Assembly (NCBI GenBank): GCA_964016885.1
Contig: OZ024740.1
Location: 286,812,001 to 286,876,000, forward strand
Reading direction: 5' to 3'
Source: Eledone cirrhosa
Taxonomy: Eukaryota
Length of the DNA: 64,000 nucleotides
How positions within the stretch are numbered: the stretch's first letter is position 1; every line of letters begins with the position of its first letter. Below are positions 1 to 12,241 of this stretch, in pieces. The notes beneath the pieces were generated by a model. It searched no databases, was not told the DNA's origin, and saw nothing but the letters and a program-made list of their open reading frames with translations. The position numbers were made by a program, and so were the translations under genes.

Positions 1-224
1 AGGGAGTGCCTTTAAACTGGAGATCAGGATCAAATGTTTGCAACAGAGTTAACTTTACTAAAACACCCAAATTCCAGGTTTGAGTGCTAAACTAGATGAT
101 GGCTTAAGTTTATCATGCAAAATTTAAGACAAACCAATGAAGGAGCCTCCATCTGATCCTTCAACATGCTACAAATATATCTGGATATGATGACTTAGTG
201 TGTGTATACATGTGTAGTCATTTG

Positions 225-590
225 TCATCATCACCATTTAATGTCCATTTATCCATAATGTCTCATTATGAAACAAGTTCGATCAGATAACCATACGTTG
301 CTCTTACAGAACCGTTTCTGGTTTGGTTTCTTTGGCTGGATGCTCTTCCTAACACCAGCCACATTAACAGTATTGACTAGGTGCTTTTTGTTATATCACC
401 ATCATGACCACTTTACAAGGGTGGACTGGGCGCATTTTGTCATGTCACCCACATGACCATCTTACAGGGTGGGCTGGGTTCTCTTATCACCATCATGAGC
501 ACCTTACATGGTTGACTAGGGACTTTTGTTTTGTCACCAGCATGACCACCTTACAAGGTAGACTGGGTGCTTTTGTCATGGCAGCAGCAT
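225..590 (-). mobile_element. Degenerate RTE-related SINE/non-autonomous element with ~45-bp internal tandem units
   Basis: (CAT)n tail, the 'ctggatgctcttcctaacacc' motif shared with the RTE 5' region, and 4-5 imperfect 'gactgggtgcttttgtcatgtcacc..catgaccaccttaca' units. Confidence 0.6.
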
Positions 591-689
591 TATGAGGGGG
601 CGGGGCTGCGGGTTTGGAGTGTGTCCTACTTTCCACGCTTATATGTAGGGGTTGAGCGTGCTGATCCCTCTTATGCCCAGTTTCTCTTT

Positions 690-1690
690 TAGTTTATTTA
701 CGCTTTGTCATTTGTGCACACTACTATTACACATCCATTGAAGCATCCATTTCTTTTTAATTTTCATAGGTCCTCTGCACACAATGCCCAGGTCTCACTT
801 CCATGCAGCATTGCTGTTTGTACACAAACATCATACAATCTGCCTTTCATTTTAAGCCACTAGCATTTAAACCGGCCGTATCTGGCCAGAATTCTCTCAC
901 CTTTTTGTGTTTAAACCGACTGTAACTAGCCACTCATACTGATGTTAAGGTATTGTTCTCAAAATAAATACTATTAAAATCTCATTATGTGAGATGATTA
1001 CATGAGGTAAAGCCTTTGCCATGAAAATACACTAGAATATATAGTGTAATGTAAAGGGTTAAGGGAAAAATTCTTTGTAGTTAGCAGCGGTAGTAACTCC
1101 CTGAACTTTTTCCGTCCTGTTCTCACTCTGGCTACTGTACTGTCAGAACACCCACCTCTACTGCTAATTTGGTCACCCAGGTAACAAAAGCTGACAACTA
1201 CTTCTACGGAGCCTTCTAAGCATTTAATTGGGCTTGTTTCTTGTAAGTTCGGGTTGCTTACTGCTCCCATGTATCTACCACATATAAAACCTATTTTCTT
1301 TGCTAACCTGCCTGAAATCCTACTACATAGTTTGCATTTGAATTTCTACCCACTCCCTTCCTGTACAGTGAGCAAAGTCATTTCCCTGAAGGACTCAAGG
1401 CTCTGTTTTCTTTTCTACTTACTAGGACTTTAGTCTTTACCATGTTGACTCTAAGGCCTTTTGATTCCAAGCTATGCTTCTAGGTCAGGAATTTCTTCTC
1501 TAATTCTGCCATGGATTCAGCTCTAAGGGTTAGATCATCGGCATATAGTTCCCATGGGCAGCCAGTTTTTAACTCTTCCGTTATGGCTTGCAGGACAATA
1601 ATAAACAGGAGGGACCTAAGAACAGACTCCTGATGGACCCCCACTTGTGCCCTAAATTCCTCACTATAATCATTGTTAATTCTAACCTTG
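690..1690 (-). mobile_element. RTE LINE fragment (RT C-terminal part), degraded
   Basis: Minus-strand peptides 'VGVHQESVLRSLLFIIVLQAITEELKTGCPWELYADDL' and 'SFCYLGDQISSRGGCS..RVRTGRKKFRELLPLL' match the RTE at 62934-64000. Confidence 0.85.
856..1058. mobile_element. piggyBac-like MITE nested in the RTE fragment
   Basis: TTAA at 852-855 and 1059-1062; body matches the copies at 11957-12161 and 34455-34656. Confidence 0.75.
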
Positions 1691-2039
1691 CTGGATGCCC
1701 TTCCTATCACCAACCACTTTACGGAGTGCTCTGGGTGTGTTTATTGTATAGATCATCAATACTAGGAAGGTTGTCATGTCTTTAATTGAAAGGTCTTTCC
1801 AACCCTTTTTTTGGCAAGCTTTCTACAGCTGGATGCCCTCCCTAGCACAACTACTCTACAACATGTATTGGGTGCATTTTCATGGCACCAGCAGTAAAGA
1901 GGTTGTCAGTCATTGTCTTCATTGAAGAACCCTCTCTACTCTACAGGGAGTGGGAAGAGAAGGAAGATTAGTATCATGTTATGGGTATGTGATTAGTGTG
2001 GTAGGATTTGACAGGGTGATGAGTATGGGGGAAAGGAGT

Positions 2040-2400
2040 TTAAGATTGGCTGTCCATGAGTGCATTTGTATGCTCATGACCTGGTTCTTGCAGCTGAATC
2101 TTTGAAAGAGCTTGAAAAGAAATTCCTGTTAGAATCTAAAGGGTTCAATAAACTTAGCTTAATAAGTTGGAAAGAGCAAAAGACTCTGATCCAATCAGGG
2201 AAGTAGCCATGCTTAATATAAAGAAAAGTAAATAGAAACTCATTACAATGTATTCAATTAAAAGTATGGGTACACAACAGGTGTAGTAAGATTATAAGCA
2301 GGCTAAGAGAAAATGTAAACTTTGCATGTGGCAGTTGCACAGGAATAATGTAGTAAGAACAGCTATGAAAGGAATCTTTTCCAAACCCCAGAAGGTACCG
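2040..2400 (+). mobile_element. Highly degraded RTE LINE fragment (YADD region and PHD finger remnant)
   Basis: 'tttaagattggctgtccatgag..tatgctcatgacctgg' and later Cys-finger codons align by eye to 6901-7240. Confidence 0.65.
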
Positions 2401-2964
2401 TATTTAGCATGGTTTCTAAGAGTGGATGTGCTTCCTAACATCAACCACCTTACAGAGTGTGCTAGGTGCGGTTTTTGTGACACCAGCACTACTACTTAAT
2501 GAGATGTACTGAGTGCTGCTTATCATGGTATCAGTACTAGTTGTGTTTTCATATTTTTAGAATGTTAGGATAGAAGCCAATTCAGAAGCACACAGCTTTT
2601 AATTGAGGAGTGCAGTTATGAAACCTAGTTACCTTTTTGAACATTTATGTTCTGCTAAGATGCCTTATATTGCATTTACAAGATCTCAAAAATTTACAAG
2701 ATCTCAAAAATAGACTACAAAAGTTAAAACAAAGTAACAAAATTGGTTCATATATATATATACATATTGTTTCTGAAGATAAACAGCAGAATTAGTCAAG
2801 GCTAATACTATGGAGTTGCTTAATTTCTATCTATTAGTCAATATTCGATGAAATCTTAAAACAATGGATTACATACTTAAGCCTTATCTTATTTGTTTTC
2901 ATTGTTCAATTTTGCATTCACACACACACACATGAACTCATATATCTATCTATCTACCTATCTA

Positions 2965-3651
2965 TCTATATATTACTAAAATTCTGTGATTGATTGCTTG
3001 CTTGCTTGTCTGTAATGTAATACAGCCAAAAGGGTGCATAATGGGAAAATACTTTGAAAGGAAGTTGCCCCTGACATGGGAATACAAATGGAGTTGCCCC
3101 TGACATGGGAATACAAATGGAGTTGCTCCTGACATGGGAATACAAATGGAGTTGCTCCTGACATGGGAATACAAATGGAGTTGCCCCTGACATGGGAATA
3201 CAAATGGAGTTGCCCCTGACATGGGAATACAAATGGAAGTGGGGTTTTCTGGGTACCTTCATAAACAGAGAGAGAGAAGGATAAAGAGAAAGAGATAGTT
3301 GTTGTCAGAGAGAGTAGATTGAAAAAGAGACATAGAGAGTGGGAGAATGGAAAAGAGAGAGCTGGTGTATATATATATATATATGTGTGTGTGTGTCTAT
3401 GACCAGTGTATATAGATCACAGATACACACACACACACACACACACATATACATGTATACAAACACACATTTATATATATATATATATATAAATATACAT
3501 ACACACACATATATATGGGTCTTCCAGTTTCATTTCACATTATATCCATGTATGTGTATATTTTAATTATTTATAAATTAATTTTAGGTGAACATGATTT
3601 TTTTTTAATATTTGGAAGTGAACATGACCCAACGGGTCACAGGTGGTCTAG
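2965..3651 (+). mobile_element. Non-autonomous Helitron-like element, copy 1 of a tandem pair
   Basis: 5' TC-TATA start; 3' hairpin tgaccc-aac-gggtca followed by CTAG|T at 3648-3651; homologous to 3652-4307. Confidence 0.7.
3063..3236. repeat. 29-bp minisatellite, 6 tandem copies
   Basis: Unit agttgc(c/t)cctgacatgggaatacaaatgg repeated six times without spacers; only one unit in the sister copy (~3874-3902). Confidence 0.95.
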
Positions 3652-4307
3652 TATACTACTAAAACTCTGTGATTGTGTGCTTGTCTGTAATTTAATTGTT
3701 TCTACTTTTGGCACAAGGCCAGCAATTATCCCAGTGTACCACTGGTACTTTATTTTATCGACCCCGTAAGGATGAAAGGCAAAGTTAACCTCGGCAGGAT
3801 TTGAACTCAGACCATAAAGGGCCGTAACTCTTTGGTGCAAATGGGAGCATAATGGGAAAATACTTTGAAAGGAAGTTGCTCCTGAAATGGGAATACAAAT
3901 GGAATAAAACAGTTTCACGTAAATCCGAGCCCGGGTTCCCAAGATAGAGGTTTTTCCGGGTACCTTCATAAATAAAGAGAAAGTGATAGTGGTTGTGAGA
4001 GAGTAGATTGAAAGAGAGAGAGAGCGAGATCTGGTGGTGTTGTTGAATGAAATTTTAAAAGGTGACTTCAAAGAATCGAATACAGCATTACTGTAGGTAG
4101 TTCAAATTTGATGACTGAATATTAAATCATATGCATCATATAACTTGTGTTAGGACAGGATGTGTGTAGCGAAACACACACACACACACGCACGCACGCA
4201 CGCACACACACACACACATATTCCAATTTCATTTTACATTCCATACATGTCTGTATATTTTAATTATTTTTAAGTGAACATGACCCAATGCATCACGGGT
4301 GGTCTAG
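3652..4307 (+). mobile_element. Non-autonomous Helitron-like element, copy 2 (with a SINE inserted at ~3692-3830)
   Basis: Starts immediately after the CTAG of copy 1 ('tatactactaaaactctgtgattg'); ends 'gacccaatgcatcacgggtggtCTAG|T'. Confidence 0.7.
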
Positions 4308-4499
4308 TATATTTTTTTTTTTTTCCTTCTTTTCGGGTTATAGTTACTGTCGCTCAGAGAGTGGGATTGGCTCAGTGCACAGTCTTTCCTCACTTTAAAA
4401 ATATTCTTCACGGACAGGCGTTGCACGATTGAACTAATTAATAATTATTAATAGTGTTGTTATTATTATTGTTATGATCATGCTGTAAAATGGAGGGGT

Positions 4500-7400
4500 A
4501 GAGAGGGCTCTCTCTAGTACTGGTGGCACGAATAAAAGCACCCAGTCCATGCTGTAAGTGGTGTTAGGAAGGGCATCGAACCAGTATATATACTATTGCC
4601 AAAAACTATGAGCACAACAAATAAGAATTGCAACAATTGCGTCAACAGCAATAACACTAACCACGTTAGGGCTGCGTATGGTAATGGGGTGGCTGGTGCA
4701 GCCATAGGCGAGAACCCCCCGGCCGTCAAGAAATCGCACAACAACAAGAACTGCGTAAACAGCAATAACACTAACCATGTTAGGGTTGGCACGGTAGTGG
4801 GGTGGCTGGTGAGGCCATGTGCGAGAACCCCCCTGACCGTCATTAAGCAATCGCACTACAGGAAAAGGAACAAGAATATGAAGACGTCGCATCTCAGAGT
4901 TGCAGCACTTAATGTTGGCACTCTAACAGGTAGATCTGGAGAGATAGCGGAGATGCTGGAGAGAAGGCATGTGGATGTGTGCTGCGTGCAAGAGGTGGGA
5001 TGGAGAGGTGCCTCTGCGAGACTAATCGCAGGCAAACATCTTAGTGATAAGCTTTTCTGGGTGGGTATTGATGATGGGTTAGGGGGAGTAGGCATTTTCC
5101 TGGCTGAGAGATGGATCGATAAGACAATAGAGGTAGTTCAAGTTAGTAATAGAATGATTAAGCTTAGATTAGTTGTAGGCAAGAGACTACTGACAATCAT
5201 ATCTGCCTATGCTCCCCAGGCAGGCCTAGGTAAAGAAGAGAAAGACTGCTTTTATGAGCAACTTATACAAATAGCTGCAATGACAGAGGACGGAGACATC
5301 GTTATGCTAGCAGGGGACTTCAATGGTCATGTTGGACAGCTCCAGGGTGGTTACACTGGGGTACATGGTGGGCACGGTTATGGATCAAGAAATGAAGGAG
5401 TGAGACTTCTTGAATTTTGTGATGCAAGTGCACTAACCATTTGCAACACTAACTTCTAGAAACCTGCCAACCACCTAATAACCTACAAATCAGGCGAGCA
5501 CATAAGCCAGATTGACTTCTTGCCAGTTAGGCAGCGGGACAGGCAAATGGTGTCAAATACCAAGGCATACCCCGGGGAAGAATGTATCCCACAGCATAGG
5601 TTAGTCGTTAGTGATATCTCAGTAAGCAAGAGACGGAATGAGACATACAGGAAGGTGTGGAGAAGAAAGGTCTGGAAACTAAAAGACCTTTTACTAAAAT
5701 ACAAATTTAGGAAAGCCCTACAAGATGTGAATGACGAAAAAGAAGACGATTTAAAGTTGTATGACATAGATGATAACTGGAATTTCTTACGTGACAACTT
5801 ACTGCAGGCTACTGAAGAAACTTGTGACTGGAGCAGAGCTCCAACCAGGCAGAGAGTGACTTGGTGGTGGAACAGCATGGTAGATAAGGCCATTAGAGAC
5901 AAAAGACTAGCATAGAAGGCTTGGAAAAATGGTGAGAGTAGAGAAGGATATACAGCCGCTAAGAGAAGCTAGATGTCAGGTGTACTTAGCACGCAGGGAG
6001 GCTGAGAGTAGGAGATTTGCCAATGTTCTGCGATGGAAAGATCAGAGACGTGTAGTGTGCCACATTGCAGTGTGTCAGTGCAAATCAGGATGTTGTTGGA
6101 GATAAGTGTGTCCGGAATGATGCCGGTGTACTTAGTGTCACGAATGATCAAAAAAGGGAGGCCTGGAAATGTCATTATGAGAGACTGATGAATGGGACAG
6201 AGAAATTACCCTCAGTAGATCCGACAGAGGGGCCAGCTATTGAGATTGACGAATATAGGGTCCAAGAGGCGATTAAGGAAATGAAAAATGGTAAGGCCGC
6301 TGGACCGTCGGGGATAGTTGCTGAGATGCTGAAGGCATCGTGGGATGTAGGCACTAAACTGGTTGCATGCATCATCAATCAAGCTATATATGGCGATGTC
6401 ATACCCAAAGACTGGTGTAGCAGTATTCGCATAAGTTGCTACAAAGGTAAAGGGGATGCTCTGGAGAGGAATTATAGGGGCATAATACTGATGGATCAGG
6501 TTATGAAAGTGGCAGAAAGGATATTAATGCAACTAATTAGAGAAAGGGTCAAACTAGATGAGATGCAGTTTGGTTTTGTGCCTGGGAAAAGTACAACAGA
6601 TGCCCTCTTCTTAGTGAGACAATTACAAGAGAGGTTCTTAGAGAAGAATAAGCCACTATACTTAGCTTTTGTTGACCTAGAGAAGGCCTTTGATAGGGTA
6701 CCCCAATCTGTCATCTGGTGGTCCCTAAGGAAACTAGGTGTTGAGGAATGGCTTGTGAGGACAGTGCAAGCTTTGTACAAAGGTGATGTCACTAAAGTGA
6801 GGGTAGGAATGGAGTTTAGTGAGGAATTCCAGATACAAGTAGGAGTTCTGTCCTCCGCCCGTTCGTGTTCATTATAGTCCTCCAAGCCGTAACAGAGGAG
6901 TTTAAGACTGGCTGTCCATGTGAACTTCTCTATGCTGACGATCTGGTTCTTATAGCAGAATCAGTAGAGGAGCTAGAGAATAAATTCTAGCTATGGAAAC
7001 AGCAATTGGAATCAAGAAGACTGAGAGTGAACCTAGCTAAGACAAAAGTATTGCTGAGTAGAAAAGAGGACAAAACTCTGATTCTGTCAGGGAAATGGCC
7101 ATGTTCGATATGCAGAAAAGGAACTGGCATAAATTCTATAAAATGTACACAATGCAGATGTTGGGTGCACAAGAGATGTAGTGGGATAGCTGGCAAACTA
7201 ACAGGTAGGGAGAAATACGTATGCAGTAGATGTACAGGGAAATTTGACAGTAGAAGTCGCATTGTTAGACACATTTTTCAAATGCAGGTGGGTGCTATAG
7301 GAGTGGTTGATAGCTTCCGGTACCTAGGAGATCAGATTAGCATGGGAGGGGGATGTTCCGAGGCCATAGTATCTAGAATAAGGACGGGTTGGAAGAAGTT

Positions 7401-7843
7401 TAGGGAGCTGCTTCCTCTGCTGATGAAGAAGGGATTCTCCCTGCATACGAAAAGTCGGTTATATGATGGTAGTGAGACATGAGCAGCAACTGCAGAGGAT
7501 ATGCGACGGCTGGAGAGAAATGAGGCAAGCGTGTTCCATTGGATGTGTAATGTCAATGTGCGTGAACAACTGAGCATGGATGTGTTGAGAGGGATAGATT
7601 GTAGTGTGCGGGAGAGGAGACTGCGATGGTATGAACATGTGATGCGCATGGAGGATGACTGATGGGTGAAGAAGTGTGGAGGAAGACCACAAAAAACATG
7701 GGCGGAGGTGGTGAGAACAGACCTCAGATCGCTGAAGCTCACGGTGATGACGACGAAGGACCATGATAAGTGGAGAGATGCTGTGCTGAATAGAATCCAT
7801 CCCACCCTTGCAAGCAGGGAAAAGCGAACGTAAAATGATGATT
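4500..7843 (+). mobile_element. Near-full-length but disrupted RTE-clade LINE (AP endonuclease + RT + PHD-type finger)
   Basis: APE motifs 'LNVGTL','CVQE','AYAPQ','GDFNGHVG'; RT motifs 'QFGFVPGKST','FVDLEKAFD', YADD at 6931-6942; C4HC3 finger; (ATG)n tail; several stops and frameshifts; 5' boundary approximate. Confidence 0.93.
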
Positions 7844-8185
7844 ATATATATATAAAGGAATAAAAAATGGCGAAGACAAGAAAATGAACAAATACAGACA
7901 GTCCCATCTCATCAGCTGACAGCTAAAGATACATTGTTTCAGTGATTTAAGATCAATACAACTGGCTCTAGAACACAAGGGAAAGTGGACAAAAGACAAG
8001 ATGATAGTCTTAATGACTATTTACAAACAAGAGAAAATTTGCCACTAACCCATGATCTTATATTCAGATTTTCACCTTCAAATTCTACGTAAATACGGTT
8101 CCAAAATATCTGGAGTGATTATGTCATAATGAAACACTGTTTTTCTACATTTTCTATATCATCAGGAGTTAGTTTTATTTATGCA

Positions 8186-9134
8186 CTAGCAGTAAAGCCC
8201 GGCGTTGCTCGGGGTCGCTCAGTAGCTGTGTTAAAGTTACAATGTTAAGTTTCTTTCTTGGCTTAAAAACTGTAGTGTCTACTGTGCAGACTTGCATGTG
8301 GTGTTTTTGATTAATATTCCCTCAACCAACAATATGCCTTATGAAGTTAAGAAAACATAACGATAACCCGAATGTTATAACAAAAGAGGATGCTGGGGAT
8401 AGAAACTGCACTGGTTATTTATTAACAAAGATCGAAAATGTAAACACTGCAACGCAGAGAAAAACATTAGCGTAACCAAATTATCAGTTATGTCTGTCTG
8501 CACGACTATCTGTCTGCACGCCTATATCACCTCTCTGCACGACTATCTGTCTGCACGCCTATATCACCTCTCTGCACGACTGTCTATCTGCACGCCTATA
8601 TCACCTCTCTGCACGACTATCTGTCTGCACACGTATATCACCTCTCTGCACGACTGTCTGTCTGCACGCCTAACGACGAAATATTTGCTTGTTTTACGTA
8701 GTCTTTAAATAGACTTGTTTTCAAGTAAAAATATTGTTTTAAAATGCTTTTAAATGGAAATGAAGCAAAACGGAAGCTTAGTGTTCGAACTGATGAATTT
8801 TGCAGGTCAATATTTTGCTGGCTCGACAACTGTTCGTGTATTGTGTTAATGTCATTTTAAACGCTGAGAAAGCCAGCGTAATTTTTTACGTAAGACGCTC
8901 AATGTAAACAGAACAAAGGGAAATAACTGATAACTTACGCTCAAAAATCGATACATTATATTCGATTTCGTCACATAGGGTGGGTCAATTTGAAATTTTT
9001 TTTTTTCCGATGTCTTCGCTAGGGCTCAATGTACAAGTATAGCAATTTCGGTGCAATTCCGTGAGAGATTCTAAGAGGAGATGTGTGCCAAAAATCGATA
9101 GACAGACAGACAACCACAGTTTTATATATATAGA
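8186..9134 (-). mobile_element. Non-autonomous Helitron (DINE/HINE-like)
   Basis: Minus strand reads A|TCTATATATATAAAA..(GTCT)n.. and ends with hairpin cccgagcaacgccggg then CTAG|T; inserted between A and T with no TSD. Confidence 0.85.
8492..8670. repeat. ~37-bp compound minisatellite inside the Helitron
   Basis: Repeating 'tctgcacgactatctgtctgcacgcctatatcacctc'. Confidence 0.9.
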
Positions 9135-9679
9135 TTGCCTTGAGAATATTCTCATAAAGTTTTATTATTTGAACTTTTTAATACATAAATATCTACTACA
9201 CATTAACGCATACACGCATGCGCATACATAAACACATGTGCACTGACTGTTTTTCTTTGTAATCATATTTTTCCTTTCAATCTTATGTTTTATTTTTCTT
9301 GTTCTGCCTCCTCTCTCTCTTGCTTGCTGTCTTTTCCTCTCCTTTCTACTCTGAATCCTTATACAGTTGAGAAACTTGAAACTTTATAAAACAGATGAAA
9401 TGGTAAAAAAGACATTATGTAGTGGATTTGTAAAACAAAAATTATACTCTAAACAACACTTAAAATTTTTTAAATATCAAAATATTAAAACTTCAAAAAT
9501 ATTTTCTCTACTCACGAGAATTTCAAAACTAGAGTTATAATGTGTGTTTTAGCTGCCTTGGCTTATAAATGGAGTTTGGATTTTTGTCCGTTTCTCAGTT
9601 CTATTTGAGTATACAAAGTACTTACTGTTCATCTATTATTATAGTCGTGTATGTTGGGATGACTACATTTCATATATAT

Positions 9680-9960
9680 CATCACCATCATCATCATCGT
9701 TTAACTTCTATCTTCCACGCTAGCATGGGTTTAGACGGGAATTGTCCCACTTGAGGCAAGATTGGTTGTCTCGCTCGTATGGAACTGTCTGGCATGTTTT
9801 CTACGGCTGGATGCCCTTCCTAACACCAACCACGTTTACAGTGTGGACTGGGAGGATTTTACCATGTTACCTACACAGCCACATTACAGCGTGGACTGTG
9901 TTTTTTTGGACCTCATTTATTTAGGACTGGATGTTGTGGTACCAACATAACTTTACAGAG
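9680..9960 (-). mobile_element. RTE-related SINE (family C); further copies at ~18405-18575 and ~22870-22955
   Basis: (CAT)n tail, 'tttaac.tc.atcttccacgctagcatggg' and 'ggctggatgcccttcctaac' shared between copies. Confidence 0.65.
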
Positions 9961-10029
9961 AAAGAGGTGGGGAGTTGGGGGAGGGGGTGCATATTTGATT
10001 AAGAGGTGCCTACTGACTGTAGGTTTCGC

Positions 10030-10895
10030 TTTGTACTTAGGCAAGGCGGGTTTTCTGTATTACTGCATGAGGCCAAAGATCTCAGTCTAGTGAGATTGTC
10101 TTGGAGAGGTGTAAGTGTGTGAGGTCGGAATTTATCAAATCGTCCCAGGTTTTTCTGGGTCTGCCTACTCCGTAACTTCCGTCAATTTTGATCGCCCTGC
10201 ACTTTTTTATACAGCTGGTGTCTTTCATGCGCATCACGTGACCATACTAACGTAATCTTCTCTCGAGTATTACACATCCAGCGGAGCATGCATGCTTCGT
10301 TCCTCTCCAGTCTGCGTAGATCCTCTGCACACAATGCCCATGTCTCACTGCCATGTAACATAGCTGTTCGTATGCAAGCATCATACAGTCTGCCTTTCCT
10401 TTTTAGAGAGAAACCTTTAGCGGCCAATAGTCGTATAAGCTCTCTGAACTTTTTCCATCCCATTCTGACTCTAGCTAATGTACTTTCTGAGCACCCTCCA
10501 CCATTGCTGATTTCGTCACCCAGAAGGTGTTCACTATTTCTATAGAGCCATCTGGGCAATAGAAGGAGCTAGTATCCTGTGGGCACTTGCTACTTATTGC
10601 ACCTGAGCACCGGCCACATATAAAATCTACATTCTTAGATAGCTTACCTGTGATCCCACCACATCTTTTATGCACACATACTTTGCATTTGGGACATAAA
10701 ATGGAATTTCTGCCTACTCCTTTCCTACACACTGAGCATGGCCATTTCCTTCCTACATACTAGAACTTTAGTCTTAGACAAGTTAACTTTAAGGCCTTTT
10801 GATTCTAGGCCATGCTTTCATGTTTGGAATTTCTTCTCTAGTTCAGCCATCGATTCAGCTATGAGCGTTAGATCGTCTGCATAGAGAAGTTCCAT
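10030..10895 (-). mobile_element. 5'-truncated RTE LINE fragment
   Basis: ORFs 10182-10559 and 10475-10732 (PHD finger, 'GWKKFREL','LHGSETW') match the other RTE copies. Confidence 0.9.
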
Positions 10896-11956
10896 ATATA
10901 TATATTAGAAACTGGAATTTGCCATCGAAATGACAAGAGCTCAGCCGTCAGGCCTCGACTCTCTCTCCTCTAATATAGTTACACTCTACTATCCCTAGTA
11001 TTGAGTCTCCGCTGAATAATGATCTTACTAGTTTAAAACTTGTAAAATCCTTATATATAAATACATGACAATTTCAGTTTATGTTTAATAGTTTATGAAA
11101 TATGCTAAGTTCCCTTCCTTTAGACCTACTTTTATTGTCATAATGTAATTAATTCAACCTTGGAGAAGTGATATTTTTTATTGTGAACCGGACACCGGAT
11201 GACCTACTTTCAGTGTCATGTTTATCCAATATAAAGTTTAACCTTCTGCTATTTTTTCTAGTTTACCTACTTCATGATATTCTTTTATAAGAACAGTGAC
11301 ATCAATGTTGTGTTTGTTTTAAACTTGTAAGATTAAAGCTGTCCTTGTCACAAAACAAGTACCACTATCCTGAAAATTTTGCAGATTCTAAAATCCAACG
11401 TTCAATTTTTCTTCTTGACAACTTTGTATAAAAATCATTGTGTTTCAACCTCTAAAATTAGTTAACCACACAAATGCTGCAATCTGATATTCCATAACAT
11501 GAGTATGCAGTTTCTATGGCTTCTATTGTTTCACTCATTGTTCGAGAAAAGCAGTGCTACATCTGAAAATATCTGCTTTTCCACCTTTGGAGGATATGAA
11601 ATGGATAAATACTCGTGAATTTTTTTTTTTTTTTTTTAATATTAGCACCATTATCATGAAGTTTGCAACTGTTCGAAGTTCCAGGAACTTTCAGTAGTAT
11701 CCTATCCTCTACCTGTCCATGTTGTCTACCCATTGCCAGTGGGCTCATTTTATAATGTATTAAATATACATATCCCCTTTTTCTTACATTTGTATTCCAT
11801 GAAGTCTAAATAAAACCTTTAGAACATTTTTGACTGATCATAACATTCATGTGACAAACAGATAAAAGAGCTATACAATTATAATGTCGACTTTGACAAT
11901 ATATTCCCTAAATACTGAAAACAATCTGTGACAGTAAAAGTAAAATGTGACTTTAA

Positions 11957-12161
11957 CCCTTTAGCATTTACATTACTCTATATTTACTATTGTATTTTCA
12001 CGGCCTTATCTCACATAATTATCTCACAAAATATCAAATCTATGAGATTTTGATATTATTTATTTTGAGAACAATACCTTGACATCAGTATGAGTGGCTG
12101 GTTTGAACAGACTTTGGTGAGAGAATTCTGGTCGAATACAGATGGTTTAAATGCTAAAGGG
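11957..12161. mobile_element. piggyBac-like MITE
   Basis: TTAA TSDs (11953-11956, 12162-12165); TIRs CCCTTTAGCATTTA / TAAATGCTAAAGGG. Confidence 0.85.
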
Positions 12162-12241
12162 TTAAAACAGGCCTTTTTTTTTTTTTTTTTTTTTTCCAGT
12201 AAAGTTCTTGTGTCTCAGAAGGTAAATCATTATCTTTTCAG

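Noticed and set aside
3063-3236. 29-bp direct repeats as a CRISPR array
   Set aside because: Units are contiguous with no spacers, there are no cas genes, and the context is eukaryotic; it is a minisatellite
5483-7805. Minus-strand ORFs overlapping the RTE (and + ORFs over 10288-10545 and 63064-63510)
   Set aside because: Shadow frames antisense to the retrotransposon coding sequence
8115-8170. Minus-strand CTGATGA..GAAA..TC hammerhead-like motif (also a partial one at ~7895-7920)
   Set aside because: Stem I cannot form and the other stems are AU-only; may be a decayed relic or chance
11150-11750. Protein-like minus-strand fragments (e.g. FYTKLSRRKIERWILESAKF)
   Set aside because: Interrupted by stops, with no family motif I recognise; cannot be assigned without a search
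1-12241. 5' exons of MRPL45
   Set aside because: No segment with recognisable mL45 N-terminal sequence and matching splice sites was found; probably upstream of the window
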